The notes under the pieces: generated by a model
Databases searched by the model: none
Told to the model about the DNA's origin: nothing
Seen by the model: only the letters and a program-made list of their open reading frames with translations
NCBI GenBank assembly: GCA_051362555.1
Contig: CM120648.1
Location: 969,721-1,033,720 of the forward strand
Length of the DNA stretch: 64,000 bases
Source of the DNA: Lingula anatina
Taxonomy: Eukaryota; Animalia; Brachiopoda
Direction: 5' to 3'
Made by a program: the position numbers and the translations under genes
Part shown: positions 1-11,590 of the stretch, in pieces
Position numbering within the stretch: the stretch's first letter is position 1
Layout of the letters: every line of letters begins with the position of its first letter

Positions 1-65
1 TATGGGAAAAGGACCACTTTTTCAAAGAAAGAACCCCCCTTTTGAAATTGCTGGTTACGGGCCTG
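1..65. mobile_element. 3' end of a hAT-like MITE, truncated by the window edge; same family as 57388-57559
   Basis: TATGGGAAAAGGACCACTTTTT...CCCCCTTTTGAAATTGCTGGTTACGGGCCTG closely matches the right half of the complete element at 57388-57559 and ends in the same TIR (..GGGCCTG). Confidence 0.75.
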
Positions 66-199
66 AAGTTGTTAATCGAACTGCAGAAGTTTTCTACTCT
101 CTCCGTCGCTAGAAACTAAAATTTCGGTTGTTAGTTTATAGCTGTCTGGCCGATTAACAGCTATGGGACGGGAACTCTACTGTTCTATGTACCTCTTGT

Positions 200-285
200 G
201 TTTGTTTACATCAGCACGTGGCCTCGAGGTTATTAGGTCACCCGGAAGTTGACGTGAACTGAAATGGACACAAGATGGCGTCGTG
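200..285 (+). promoter_or_regulatory. Probable core/proximal promoter of the SH2D5-like gene
   Basis: CpG-rich patch directly upstream of exon 1 with clustered motifs: FOX TGTTTAC (203-209), E-box CACGTG (215-220), ETS CCGGAAGT (242-249), CRE half-site TGACGT (250-255), YY1-like CAAGATGGCG (271-280). Confidence 0.55.
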
Positions 286-367
286 CAAAAGCAACGCTGG
301 AGACGGGGGTGGAATGTCTTTTAATTTCCCCTGAATCATCTTTAATAAAATCGTGAAATAAGTCATA

Positions 368-643
368 ATGTATTTGATGAAATCGAAGAAAGCTATAGAA
401 GAAGAGGACTGGAAGGAACTGATGGAGAAGAGGGGGAAATACATGGAGAGGAAACGTTTATCCGGAGAGAGGTCGTCCAACGTCGTCGGTGGTCCAAGTT
501 CATCGGGCCAACAAAACACCAAAAATACAAACGCTGGTTTTCAACCTGATGAACTTCCGGATGGCCATGGGTTTCAACCAGTCACAAAGAGTATTCCACA
601 GCCGGGAGAGGATGTGCTCCATACTTCTTACAGGGACGCACAG
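368..643 (+). CDS. SH2D5: SH2D5-like PTB+SH2 adaptor, coding exon 1 (N-terminal extension up to ...SYRDAQ)
   Basis: ORF from ATG 368 (422 is an alternative start) to CAG|GTGTGT, phase 0. DAQ joins YIGSF of exon 2, recreating the AQYVGSF-like start of the SH2D5 PTB domain. Confidence 0.75.
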
Positions 644-1769
644 GTGTGTATACTTTGGGACAACTACTGACTACTGTGATTTCAAAACAAAAGTTTCAAC
701 ATCAACATTAGCCACCAACAAGTTTCTACTTGTTGAATGACATTATGACCGATAAATACATAACCATTCCGTTGTAGACATTAAAGGCCCTGCAAATAAA
801 GTCGTCTATATCTGCACAAAGAAATGCAACATTGTTTTAAAAACTCACTGTGATATTTAAAGAGGTAAATATTTTAACAACGTGGTAGCCTACTTCAGTG
901 TTCATTTTCATTGATCAATAAACATGCTTTGTCCATTCTTAGTTATACTTGTGTGAGATAAACTTTGTCACCAAACAAATGTTTTACTTGCAGAGTTAGA
1001 CCAAGTAAAAGGGGGAGGGGGGGGGGGTTGGAGAAATAGCTTTTTAGGTCCAAAAAGATTCAGTTGAAAGAGAAAATAAGTGTTAAGCAGTAAAGTTTGT
1101 TGACGTTGACATTGTTGATTTCCATGGAAAGTTAGCCTTTGCAAGAGATAACAGCTTTCACAATTTTTTATTTAAAATTTTGAAAATAACAATTTTGCCA
1201 AGTGTGCAGGTATGTATATAGACCTTCGAAGAATACAATTCAGTATTTTGCTCTCTGGTCAAATTTATTGGGTAAAGTAATCTTTTTCGGTATATGTGAC
1301 CCATGATTGAGGTAGTAACATAGGGTGCCTTTTCACAGTACTAGTCCATCTTGTACGCCTTTGGGCAATAAATAAACTTAGTTTACTAATAATAGCAGTA
1401 GAAGGTTCTTAGACATATTGTGTTGATTGATTGAATAACAGTATATTAATAATATTTATTTTGATCTTTATTTGCTTCAAGGGTCTATAAAATTTGTTTA
1501 GATTTGTTAAAAATTAAATGCTACAAGTAAGTTTTTAAGGCCAACTTCTCACTTGCAAAGTAACTGCTGCCAACTCAAACTTATACTATACCTATATATC
1601 AGATAAATCCATATAACAGTCATGAATGTTAACTTCTAAAAGTATTTAATCCCAACAAAAAAGAAAGGATAATTACAATGCAAATGTGAATTTCGTGAAA
1701 TAGTGCTACTGAATTGGACAAATAAGAAAAGTGCCATCCCCCTATTCCCCCCTTCTCTTCAACACGAAC

Positions 1770-1786
1770 GCACACATGCACGCACA

Positions 1787-1827
<41 letters not shown>
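1770..1827. repeat. (CA)n microsatellite
   Basis: Direct CA/CG dinucleotide run. Confidence 0.95.
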
Positions 1828-1828
<1 letters not shown>

Positions 1829-2549
1829 AGCTAGGGCATGCATCCTCATAAATTCAAAAAGCAAGTACATTTTTTTTTTACTTTCCACATTTTCTTATGC
1901 TCCAGTTTGGCAATACATTTTAGTTTGAACATCATTTCAAAATTTTCTGTCATTCTGCATGTAGTAGTCAATGCCATTCCTGCCTGTCACCCCCCGAATC
2001 CCAATTAAAACAGTCCTCTGTACAGAAATAAGTGACCTTTTTCTCTGTGCCTTTCAGTCTATAAGCTACCCACAGGTGGGCGGTGTCTTTTCATTAGCAT
2101 TCAGCAAAGATATGATTACATGCAGGGAAGAATGAACACAATCATCGACTAAACATTGGCTATAGATATAGCCGGCTCAGTTTGTTAGTTTTATTGAAAG
2201 TGTTTAAATGAATATCAATAGTGAAAATCATTAAGTTGTTTTTCCAGTCTGAGTCATATTTGTTCTGCGTTGACATTTGTGGAAACCTTCAATTGATGTG
2301 ATATTCAGCCTTGTGTGTTATCTTTATGAAAAAGGCAGTTGTTTTGATAATTCCTTTTGTTTGTGGTTTGGCGTTGTTTTATTTCTAGGTTTACCAACTT
2401 TGATTTTCAATATAGCACATGGCAGAAAAGATAGGAGTTAGGGGGATATGAATAGGAAAGCATTGTATCTTTTATAAAGTCATTTTTAATTGTAGATGTG
2501 TTTGCTCATGGCCTTTGATTATTTTGTAATCGAGATGCACTGGGAGTTC

Positions 2550-5432
2550 ATTGTACCACCAGCGTAGGCGCTGGCGGTACACATGGTTTTAGTCCCGACC
2601 CGTATGTTCCGCCGGCTCCTGCGGCTCCGCCGCCAAGTCACCGTTACCGCTTCTCCTCCTAGACGGTAATGGCCTCCATACCCATCTCTTGGATTTAGGT
2701 CACCTATAATTTCAACTCGTTCCACGTAAAATTTGGGCTTTGTCGGTATTGGGGTCTAGGTGTGGCACTCATTGCAATGCACCCTTGTCCAAAAATGGCA
2801 AAATTAAATGCTAATTATCTCCCCTACGGAAGGAATTATGGGAAAAATTTCTACAGACAGCTTTCCAAAAGTCATATGTGTAGATTTCAAATATGCCCTT
2901 GGATTTGACCTTTGACCTTTATTTCAAGGTCAAACGGGCCAAAATTTTCAAAAAAACAAAATTTTTGCCGAAAAAAAAATTATTTGCGGTCTTATTCAGA
3001 CACCACACAGACTTAACTAATAATATTAATGGAAAGTGTTACCCTTCAGGACATCTTTCATCTCTGTGAATTTGGGGTCAATCGGTGCATTTTCACGGGA
3101 GTAGCGGCCATAAGATATTGAAACTGAAAACTGTCTCTAAATCGGGAACCGTTAATGCTAGACACCCATTCTTTTTTGCATTTTGTAGAGCATGTAAAGC
3201 CCAACACTAGAGGTGGTCTCGGTTTTTTTGTATTCCATACGGTTTTCGAGTTACGCTGTATCAAAAAGTACATATTGGTGGTGAAAGCAAAATGTGCAGT
3301 ACGGTAATGGATAATAAATTTTGAACTCCGGAAAAATAAAACATAAGGCTTGGCAAAGCAGACAACTTGTGGTCAAAAATGACATTATTTCATCAAATTT
3401 GAACATCTGGAACTTCAGAGCACCTCCCATTTCAAGAATTTTGACCAAAATGACCTTTTCTTTATTTAAAATAATTCTTTCTGTAGGAAATTTATGGCAC
3501 ATTATGGTAACTCCAAAATTATAACATTTAGTCCCTTATATCTCCAAAACTGGCAGAGATAGGTCCATAGTTACTATTGAAGTTGAATAGGAAGTCATAC
3601 ACTGGCAATCTACATGTGACCTTAAAATTGACCTTTGACCTACTTTTCACCATGAACTGAACTTAGCAAATTTTGCTTCCCTTTTATCTCCAAAACTGGC
3701 AGAGATAGGTCCATAGTTACTATTGAAGTTGAATAGGAAGTCATATACTGGCAATCTAAATGTGACCTTAAAATTGACCTTTGACCTACTTTTCACCATG
3801 AACTGAACTTTGCAAATTTTGTTTCCCTTTTATCTCCAAAACTGGCAGAGATAGGTCCATAGTCTCTATTGAACTATAATAGGAAGTCATATACTGGCAA
3901 TCTATGTGTGACCTTAAAATTGACCTTTGACCTTCTTTTCACCATGAACTGAACTTTGCAAATTTTGCTTCCCTTTTATCTCCAAAACTAGTAGAGATAG
4001 GTCCATAGTCTCTATTGAACTTGAATAGGAAGTCATATACTGGCAATCTACATGTGACCTTAAAATTAACCTTTGACCTACTTTTCAACATGAACTGAAC
4101 TTTGCAAATTTTGCTTCCCTTTTATCTCCAAAACTGGCAGAGATAGGTCCATAGTCTCTATTGAACTTGAATAGGAAGTCATATACTGGCAATCTAAATG
4201 TGACCTTAAAATTGACCTTTGACCTACTTTTCACCATGAACTGAACTTTGCAAATTTTGCTTCCCTTTTATCTCCAAAACTGGCAGAGATAGGTCCATAG
4301 TCTCTATTGAACTTGAATAGGAAGTCATATACTGGCAATCTACGTGTGACCTTAAAATTGACCTTTGACCTACTTTTCACCATGAACTGAACTTAGCAAA
4401 TTTTGCTTCCCTTTTATCTCCAAAACTGGCAGAGATAGGTCCATAGTTACTATTGAAGTTGAATAGGAAGTCATATACTGGCAATCTAAATGTGACCTTA
4501 AAATTGACCTTTGACCTACTTTTCACCATGAACTGAACTTTGCAAATTTTGTTTCCCTTTTATCTCCAAAACTGGCAGAGATAGGTCCATAGTCTCTATT
4601 GAACTATAATAGGAAGTCATATACTGGCAATCTATGTGTGACCTTAAAATTGACCTTTGACCTTCTTTTCACCATGAACTGAACTTTGCAAATTTTGCTT
4701 CCCTTTTATCTCCAAAACTAGTAGAGATAGGTCCATAGTCTCTATTGAACTTGAATAGGAAGTCATATACTGGCAATCTACATGTGACCTTAAAATTAAC
4801 CTTTGACCTACTTTTCAACATGAACTGAACTTTGCAAATTTTGCTTCCCTTTTATCTCCAAAACTGGCAGAGATAGGTCCATAGTCTCTATTGAACTTGA
4901 ATAGGAAGTCATATACTGGCAATCTACATGTGACCTTAAAATTGACCTTTGACCTACTTTTCACCATGAACTGAACTTTGCAAATTTTGCTTCCCTTTTA
5001 TCTCCAAAACTAGTAGAGATAGGCCCATAGTCTCTATTGAACTTGAATAGGAAGTCATATACTGGCAATCTAAGTGTGACCTTGAAATTGACCTTTGACC
5101 TACTTATTATCATGAACTGAACTCTGCTAATTTCTTTCTCTTTTAACTCCAAACCTGGCAGAGATAGGCCCATAGTTACTATTGAAGTTGAATAGGAAGT
5201 CATATACTGACCTACCTTACGATGAACTTAACTTTGATTGTACCATTTTAGTAATATATATATTTTTTGCATATTTTGAAAATTCTTGTTGATTGCATTT
5301 TTACAGCTTGTCAAGCACAAGACTGGTGGCTGTGTTCCTTATTTTGTATTTGTGGGGGTCTATACGAATGCGCTTGCTCCAGCTGGTGGTACAATATTCG
5401 GAGGCGGTATCGCCTCTCTGATCCTCTAGTTT
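2550..5432 (+). mobile_element. Non-autonomous Helentron/HINE (DINE-1-like) element, copy 1, with a central 146-bp tandem array
   Basis: 5' ATTGTACCACCAGC forms part of a hairpin (TGTACCACCAGCG-tagg-CGCTGGCGGTACA). A 14-bp subterminal inverted copy GCTGGTGGTACAAT sits at 5382-5395, followed by a 3' stem-loop GAGGCG-gtat-CGCCTC and the end CTAGTTT. No TSD. Second copy at 14465-18951. Confidence 0.85.
3534..5210. repeat. 146-bp tandem repeat array (~11.5 monomers) inside HINE copy 1
   Basis: TCTCCAAAACT recurs at 3541, 3687, 3833..., giving a period of 146. Confidence 0.95.
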
Positions 5433-5652
5433 AGCTAGTATTTGTGGATTTTTTCAACACTCTTGGTTGAAAACCAGAAATAATAAAATTTACTAGAGCA
5501 ATAATTTATTTTATTTGCATCATATAACTTCACAAAATGCAGGTATGTATCTGTTGAAAAAACATTATTTCAGTCTTTGTTTCATTCATACTTCTGCAAA
5601 TTAATATTTTTTGGAAGTTTATATGATGAAATTATAACATTTCTCTTTCCAG

Positions 5653-5733
5653 TACATAGGCTCATTTTCTGTGGTTGGGGAAGACCAGGCTTCCAGAGCA
5701 GAATATGTGAGAAAACAGCTGGAAAAAATTAGA
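5653..5733 (+). CDS. SH2D5: SH2D5-like exon 2 (PTB: YIGSFSVVGEDQASRAEYVRKQLEKIR)
   Basis: ttctctttccag acceptor, AGA|GTAAGA donor, 81 nt, phase 0-0. Contains the PTB Y(L/I)GS motif. Confidence 0.9.
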
Positions 5734-6578
5734 GTAAGAATATATTTATTTCTTGTCTTTTTTTTCTGTAATGATATGAACTCAGTGGACATCTTTCAAT
5801 TAAATAATTTTCAGGTTCATACCTCTGAACATGAGTGTGATGAAGACCCCCTGTTTAGCCTGTTTAGTCAATAATTTGTCTTTTGTCAATTTTCTTTTCT
5901 TATTGAATGACTCAGTTGATTTTCATGTATGGGGAGTATTGTTATTACAAGTCACCCATCAATTCAACAGGCAGTTAGATTTCAGTTCTTACTAGTAAAA
6001 GGAACAACTGGGTGACCATAATGGATGCAGTAATAACTAAATTAGATGTTTTTTTATATGTCCATTGTTTAGGATGAATGATTTATGCTCATATTGCCTG
6101 ACTACATTCAGAAATGGACACAAAATATTTCCATTTTAGTCATCTTTTGACACAGCTTAATTCCTCATATTCCATTCTAAAGTAGTGATGTGAAACTATT
6201 TATGAATACTTGGATGTGATTTTTCCAAAGAATCTTGTAATTTAATTTTATGGGGTCAGATGCAGTCCATCAAATCCTTGTCAATAAGGTGTTTGGTTCC
6301 ATGATTGATATTCAGAATTAATAACATTACAGTGAACCTGGATCCTCCTTAGCACCATCTAGTGGCATTTTTAAAAATCATAACATACACAAATACATCA
6401 GTAAGAGAATTTACTAGTACACAATTTCAGTTTCATTCTTTGAAAAAAATGTGTGATTAAAGAAAAGATAAACATTCAGTTAAACATCATTCTTGTCAAA
6501 CTTTGATTTGAGCATCATAATTTGATTGATTCATATAAATATTTATTTACATATTTGTCAAATATTTCATAATTTCAG

Positions 6579-6653
6579 ACTGTGGGTAGAAGTAAACCAG
6601 TGGTTATTATGATATCCCTGACTGGTATTAAAGTCTGCAGCTCAGATAAACAG
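6579..6653 (+). CDS. SH2D5: SH2D5-like exon 3 (PTB: TVGRSKPVVIMISLTGIKVCSSDKQ)
   Basis: tttcag acceptor, CAG|GTGAGA donor, 75 nt, phase 0-0. ISxxGIKV is a typical PTB strand motif. Confidence 0.9.
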
Positions 6654-7959
6654 GTGAGAGAGAGAGAGAGGGAGAGAGAGAGAGAAAAGAATGGAAGGCA
6701 GGAAAGATAGAGTGAGAGTATATGTAGCAAATTGTTGATGATGATGAGTGAGAAAAAGAGAACAATAGAGAGAGAAGTAAGTTGTTATGTGCGTCCACAT
6801 AAAAAATGAACATTTTAAGGCTCTTCTTACTATACATGTCATCCTAGGTTACAGAGTGGCACATTGACTGTATGTCAAGTTTCTAGAGAATTTTGGCAAA
6901 CTTCAACGCCTCTTCTTTTCTTGTCCAAGCATGTCTTCTCCATTAGTCATGGTGTAAAAATAACACTGGAGACATTTCAAGTGTAAGGAAACTTTCTTGG
7001 TTATCACAAACCTGATGTTCCGTTTTGAGTGAGGCATGTTACAGGGAACAGAAATAAAACTGTCTCCAGTGCCAGCCAACAGGACCTTCCAGAAAAGATC
7101 CTGAGGCAAAAGTTATTCTTAATGTAATGACCAAAACATTTGATAAGTACTTCAAACAAGGAGAATTTTGAAGCAGTTGACTTGATTAAGTTGGTGTCAA
7201 CAATAAAGGTCTGTGTCCAGTAATTTCAGAGAGGGGAGGGGTCTTTTTTCTGAAAAAGAGGACCTCTTTATCCACTTACCTTACCCGACTTGACAAATTG
7301 CATAGAACTTGGGTCAAACTAGAAAGATGGCTCTTTCTGTCCCCCTAACTTTGGTCCTGATTTATAATGAAAAATGGGTCTGTTTTAGCCTAAGTAATTC
7401 TGCAGCAGTTGAGTAAAGTTATTAAAGAAATATTTAGGTTATAATACAACCTATTGTTAAGTTTTTATACATATGTCCTTTTGGCTTAAGAACTTTTATG
7501 AAGTGCTCTTGGCTTTAAATTTAGTAAATGTGACCTCATTAAAATTTCCCCCAGGTGACTTTTCTTTACCTGACCTTCTTGCATTGACATCACAAACGTG
7601 TATAACAGCTGAAGTTTGACTCTCCCTTTTTACTGCTAGCTAGACTACTTAACAGGTTGCCATTATTTGGATTCTCCTCTGTGGACCTACTTGTGCCTCT
7701 AGGAATTCTCTCTTCCTCTCTCTCTATCTCTTGCTCTCTCTCATTTTGCCAGGAATAATTGTTTATTTATTGGAAAGAAACAAAATAAAATTATGTCTGT
7801 CATTTGTATATTACAAACAACGTATATTGTGTGTTTCAGTTTTTGTCTTGTGTTTTGTTTTTAGAGAATTTTATGCTGCGTGTAACAGACAATCTGTCAA
7901 GTTGGTTACAGTTTGGTGTTTATTATTGGTTTAATATGAAGCTTTGATATCTATTACAG

Positions 7960-8106
7960 ACAGTGTACATGGCCCATGCCTTGAAGAGAATCTCCTATGC
8001 CACATGTGATCCCGAGTGCAGGCAGTTCTCGTTTCTTGCACGGGAACCACGGGGCCAAATTAGCACGCAGTACTGCCATGCCTTTCTAACGGCCACCCCA
8101 GAGGAG
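7960..8106 (+). CDS. SH2D5: SH2D5-like exon 4 (PTB: TVYMAHALKRISYATCDPECRQFSFLAREPRGQISTQYCHAFLTATPEE)
   Basis: ttacag acceptor, GAG|GTAAGA donor, 147 nt, phase 0-0. MAHALKRI..QFSFLAR..CHAF resembles the MAHALRRI..QFAFMAR..CHLF segment of vertebrate SH2D5 as I recall it. Confidence 0.93.
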
Positions 8107-8401
8107 GTAAGACTGTCTAGTGTCCAGTTTTGTGTGTGATTGTGATGAGTTTGGTGAATTTTGGACGTGGGTTGTCATTTGTTTTTCGTGCTAAGTGTAA
8201 TGCATGCTTATATATACAGCTCAATAACCCATGTGTGTACACTCACAGACTTGGTTGCTTGTGTGTGTACACAGAAGTGCATGTGCACACATTTGTCATC
8301 CAACATAACTAATACACGTACCCATGTTCACACTTATAAAAAAAAATTCCCACTACTGTAAGTTACACAATTCACTGATATCCACTCATTACCGACTTCA
8401 G

Positions 8402-8695
8402 GCTGAAGATCTCAACACATTAGTCGGCAACGCCTTCAAAATGTCTTATGCTCAACAGCGGACCAAACGACCCACATTCAATGAACTGATAGAGAAACAA
8501 ATAGAGGAACAAAAACAGATATACGAACAGAAACAGCTGCAGTTCAAGCAGGAGTTTGAGAAACGGCTGGAGGGGATAGCTACCACCAAAGTCAGCGAAC
8601 GCGTCCAGCTGCGCCGCGAGATGAGACAGAAGAGTTTCGAGGAGCAGAAGGAGAGAGAGGCGGAGCAGAGGGAGGCTATGTTAAACAGACAATGG
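8402..8695 (+). CDS. SH2D5: SH2D5-like exon 5 (PTB C-terminal helix plus E/Q/K/R-rich coiled coil)
   Basis: cttcag acceptor, TGG|GTGAGT donor, 294 nt, phase 0-0. AEDLNTLVGNAFKMSY is the PTB terminal helix. Confidence 0.9.
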
Positions 8696-10076
8696 GTGAG
8701 TGGATTCAGGATTTATATGATACACTTCTTTGTTGTGAAGGCATGAAGGTGGCCTCGTATGCTGAAACACATGATTTTACATGTTTGCAAATGCGTTCAC
8801 ACATGTGCACGAGAAATTGAGGAGTTGGGAATGGGTGTTACGATGTGTTTAATAAGTCCATTTTGATGAGGTTTTTTGGTGTATGTTTGTCTGTCATATA
8901 TGTTTGCATGAGGTGATGGATGTAATGGTATGAGGTTTGCATCAGTGAAGTTGTCAATACTGACAGTTTTTAAAAGGGGTTTTTAATGACAGTTACACAA
9001 TTTTTCTTTAAATTTGTTTTGGGGGTTGGGTGGGGGGGTAGGGTTAATAAACCAGTCGAGCAACAAAATTGAATTCTGATTTGGACCATAAGGTGCAGGA
9101 CATTACAGTACCATAAATACCATTTTTACATTCTGCAGATTGTTTTTGAATGATCTAAATTCCCATTGTTTTTGGATGATCACTTGTACTAGATCATATG
9201 GTTAACAGTAGTTCCCGTCATTTAAAGAAATTTAAAGTTCACGCATTTTTCCCTTCTTGCAAGTCATGTTTTATAACAACTTTTGCTTTTTTGGCATAAC
9301 CTGAAAAATTAACATTATCACATATTTGTAAAAACAAATTAACTGCACATATGCAATCTAGAAAATCGAATTTTATGGCAACTTTTTCTTTTGGCATCTC
9401 GAAGTAATTATAGTAACATTATTTCATATTTCTCAATTAATCTTCTATCAGTTATGACAATGTAGATGATTAACATAGAACAACCATAGACAGACAATGA
9501 AACCTGAACTGGTCTGAATCTAAAACACATCACAATTTACTTAACCAGCATTTGAAAGGGACACATTGTGTTTGACCTTTATATAGCAAATTGACAGTAT
9601 ATTCTCATCAGTTTTCTTTCTATAACCATGGTATACCCTGTACAAAATCATTGTAAGTATTTAAAGCCTAAAAACCATTTTGTAATATATTAATTATATT
9701 TATTACAGCCAAAATATGAGATTCACAAGTCCATATCTTCATGATGTCAGTGACTCAATAATGGATCATAATTTGGTGAACTGTTTTGGATAGTGTATAC
9801 CTTGCTAACTAAGGAAGAAATTAAATTTTTGCTGTAAAAGGTCTTATGCTCATTGTGTACCTTTTAAATAGCTCACTTTCACTTGCAACAGGCGTGAAAT
9901 CTGCAGGGTCTGAATGCACATTCAGGGGAGTGTGACTAATTACTCACTGTGGAGGAAGAGGCTCACCATGCTGATAAACATCATAAAAGGAAACTTGAAT
10001 TGTCAATTGCTGCAATTAGGCACAGTTGAGGTTATTAGCCTCTTGAATGAACACACTAGAGGACATTTTACAAAAA

Positions 10077-10120
<44 letters not shown>
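10077..10120. repeat. (ATT)n microsatellite
   Basis: Direct trinucleotide run. Confidence 0.95.
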
Positions 10121-10124
<4 letters not shown>

Positions 10125-10408
10125 TTGGACCCTTTGTCTTTAAAAAAAAGGGAAAAATAGGCCAGCTAACCTCATTGTGCAAAGTAATTGACTATTAACA
10201 GTAGTAACTATTATCTTGAGTTAAAGTCCACTTAGAGAAGATTTTAAACCAAGATATGCAGTACAATTCTCAGTCTGAAAGTTAAAATCAACATATTAAT
10301 TTACTTATTTTGATAACTGGAGCTCAGACCCAGGCAGTATTTCTGAGTGTCACATCAGCAATGTGTGTGGAGGGAGATCTAATGCATGATGTGTGATGAT
10401 TATATTTT

Positions 10409-10702
10409 TAGAGTGCATTCGGAACAGATGATCCGCAGACTAAATGATCTGCCGACTAAATATGGCCGACCCCCCTTAAAAGCAAGTTGCTTAATTCCCT
10501 GATGGTCTACCTGCCCCCACACGCATCATTAAAAGTATTAAATCTCAGCTCCGAGATTTAATTGTAAGGCCACTGCAGCGACAGTGTGTTTGGAGACAGT
10601 GAGTTTATCAGGGGATAAGCTGCATAGCTTTTAAGTCGGTTGGCCATATTTAGTCCGTGGATCTGTTAGTACGCAGATCAGCTTGTTCTGAATGTGGTCT
10701 TA
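10409..10702. mobile_element. Old palindromic MITE with ~100-bp diverged terminal inverted repeats
   Basis: Left arm CATTCGGAACA..GACTAAATATGGCCGACC..CTTAAAAGC..CCCTGAT is the imperfect reverse complement of right arm ATCAGGGG..GCTTTTAAG..GGTTGGCCATATTTAGTC..TGTTCTGAATG. Confidence 0.65.
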
Positions 10703-10763
10703 TATTATAACAATATCAATACATATAGACATTAGCAGTGTGATATAACATTCTATGTTGTAG

Positions 10764-10811
10764 TATCACATGGACTACAATGAACAACCAGCCTCCCAGG
10801 ACAAGCAGTGG
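10764..10811 (+). CDS. Candidate 48-nt cassette exon, or alternative first exon from ATG 10770: (YH)MDYNEQPASQDKQW
   Basis: ttctatgttgtag acceptor, open frame, TGG|GTAGGT donor, phase 0-0. Ends in QW like exon 5. Confidence 0.4.
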
Positions 10812-11350
10812 GTAGGTAGAGGATAATACGGGGAACCTGACTCTCACAACTAGTACATACATAGTATACCTGGACAGTGCTGGGGTACCCTGAGTGTCAG
10901 AGGATTCTTCAAGCACCTGTTTACCTTGAGTGGGTTTTTTAAGTATCTTCTGATGCTCAGGGTGAATTGGGATCATGTTTTCTGTGTTTGATTCACATTT
11001 TGGGTTTTGATTTTTTTAACAAATTGTTTTTTGTTTTTGGCTTGTGGCAAACTTTTTGAAAATATTTTTATGAAATTTCAAGGTTTTTGTCTTTGGCTTT
11101 GTCAAAATAATTGATGCAAGTCATTGGTTATTAAGGTGACTGGAGTTAACTGCGCAAAAAAAAAAAAAAAAGATAATGACCAAGTACAGTTCTGTTGAGT
11201 TTTATTATATATGCAGTTACTAGGAATCTCTTTCCCATAGAAATTAGAGAGAGACCTTAAATAAAGAAATAGTATTAAGTAAACAACCTCAGTGATAAAA
11301 CATGTATATTATGTATTACTCGTTGTGAGGTCCACAATGTTTGACTCCTC

Positions 11351-11590
11351 AAGGCCGTTTACACATGTGAAGACAGGAACAAACCCAGTTGATCGCTCTC
11401 TGGACATTTTTATCAGTTTAACATGTGTAACCTAACTCCATAGCATGATAACAGCAATGGACTGAGAGCGTTCACCTGGTTCAATCCTACATGTGAATCT
11501 TTAAAAACAAACATCTGCAGAAGTTCACTGTTGCATTATATTCATTCTAGTGTGAACTGGATCCTTTTGAATCTAGTGTAAACAGGCCTT
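11351..11590. mobile_element. Degraded MITE with short TIRs (PIF/Harbinger-like ends)
   Basis: AAGGCCGTTTACAC ... GTGTAAACAGGCCTT inverted termini 240 bp apart. Confidence 0.45.

Noticed and set aside
238-522. Minus-strand 94-aa ORF overlapping exon 1
   Set aside because: Antisense shadow of the coding exon with no recognisable domain.
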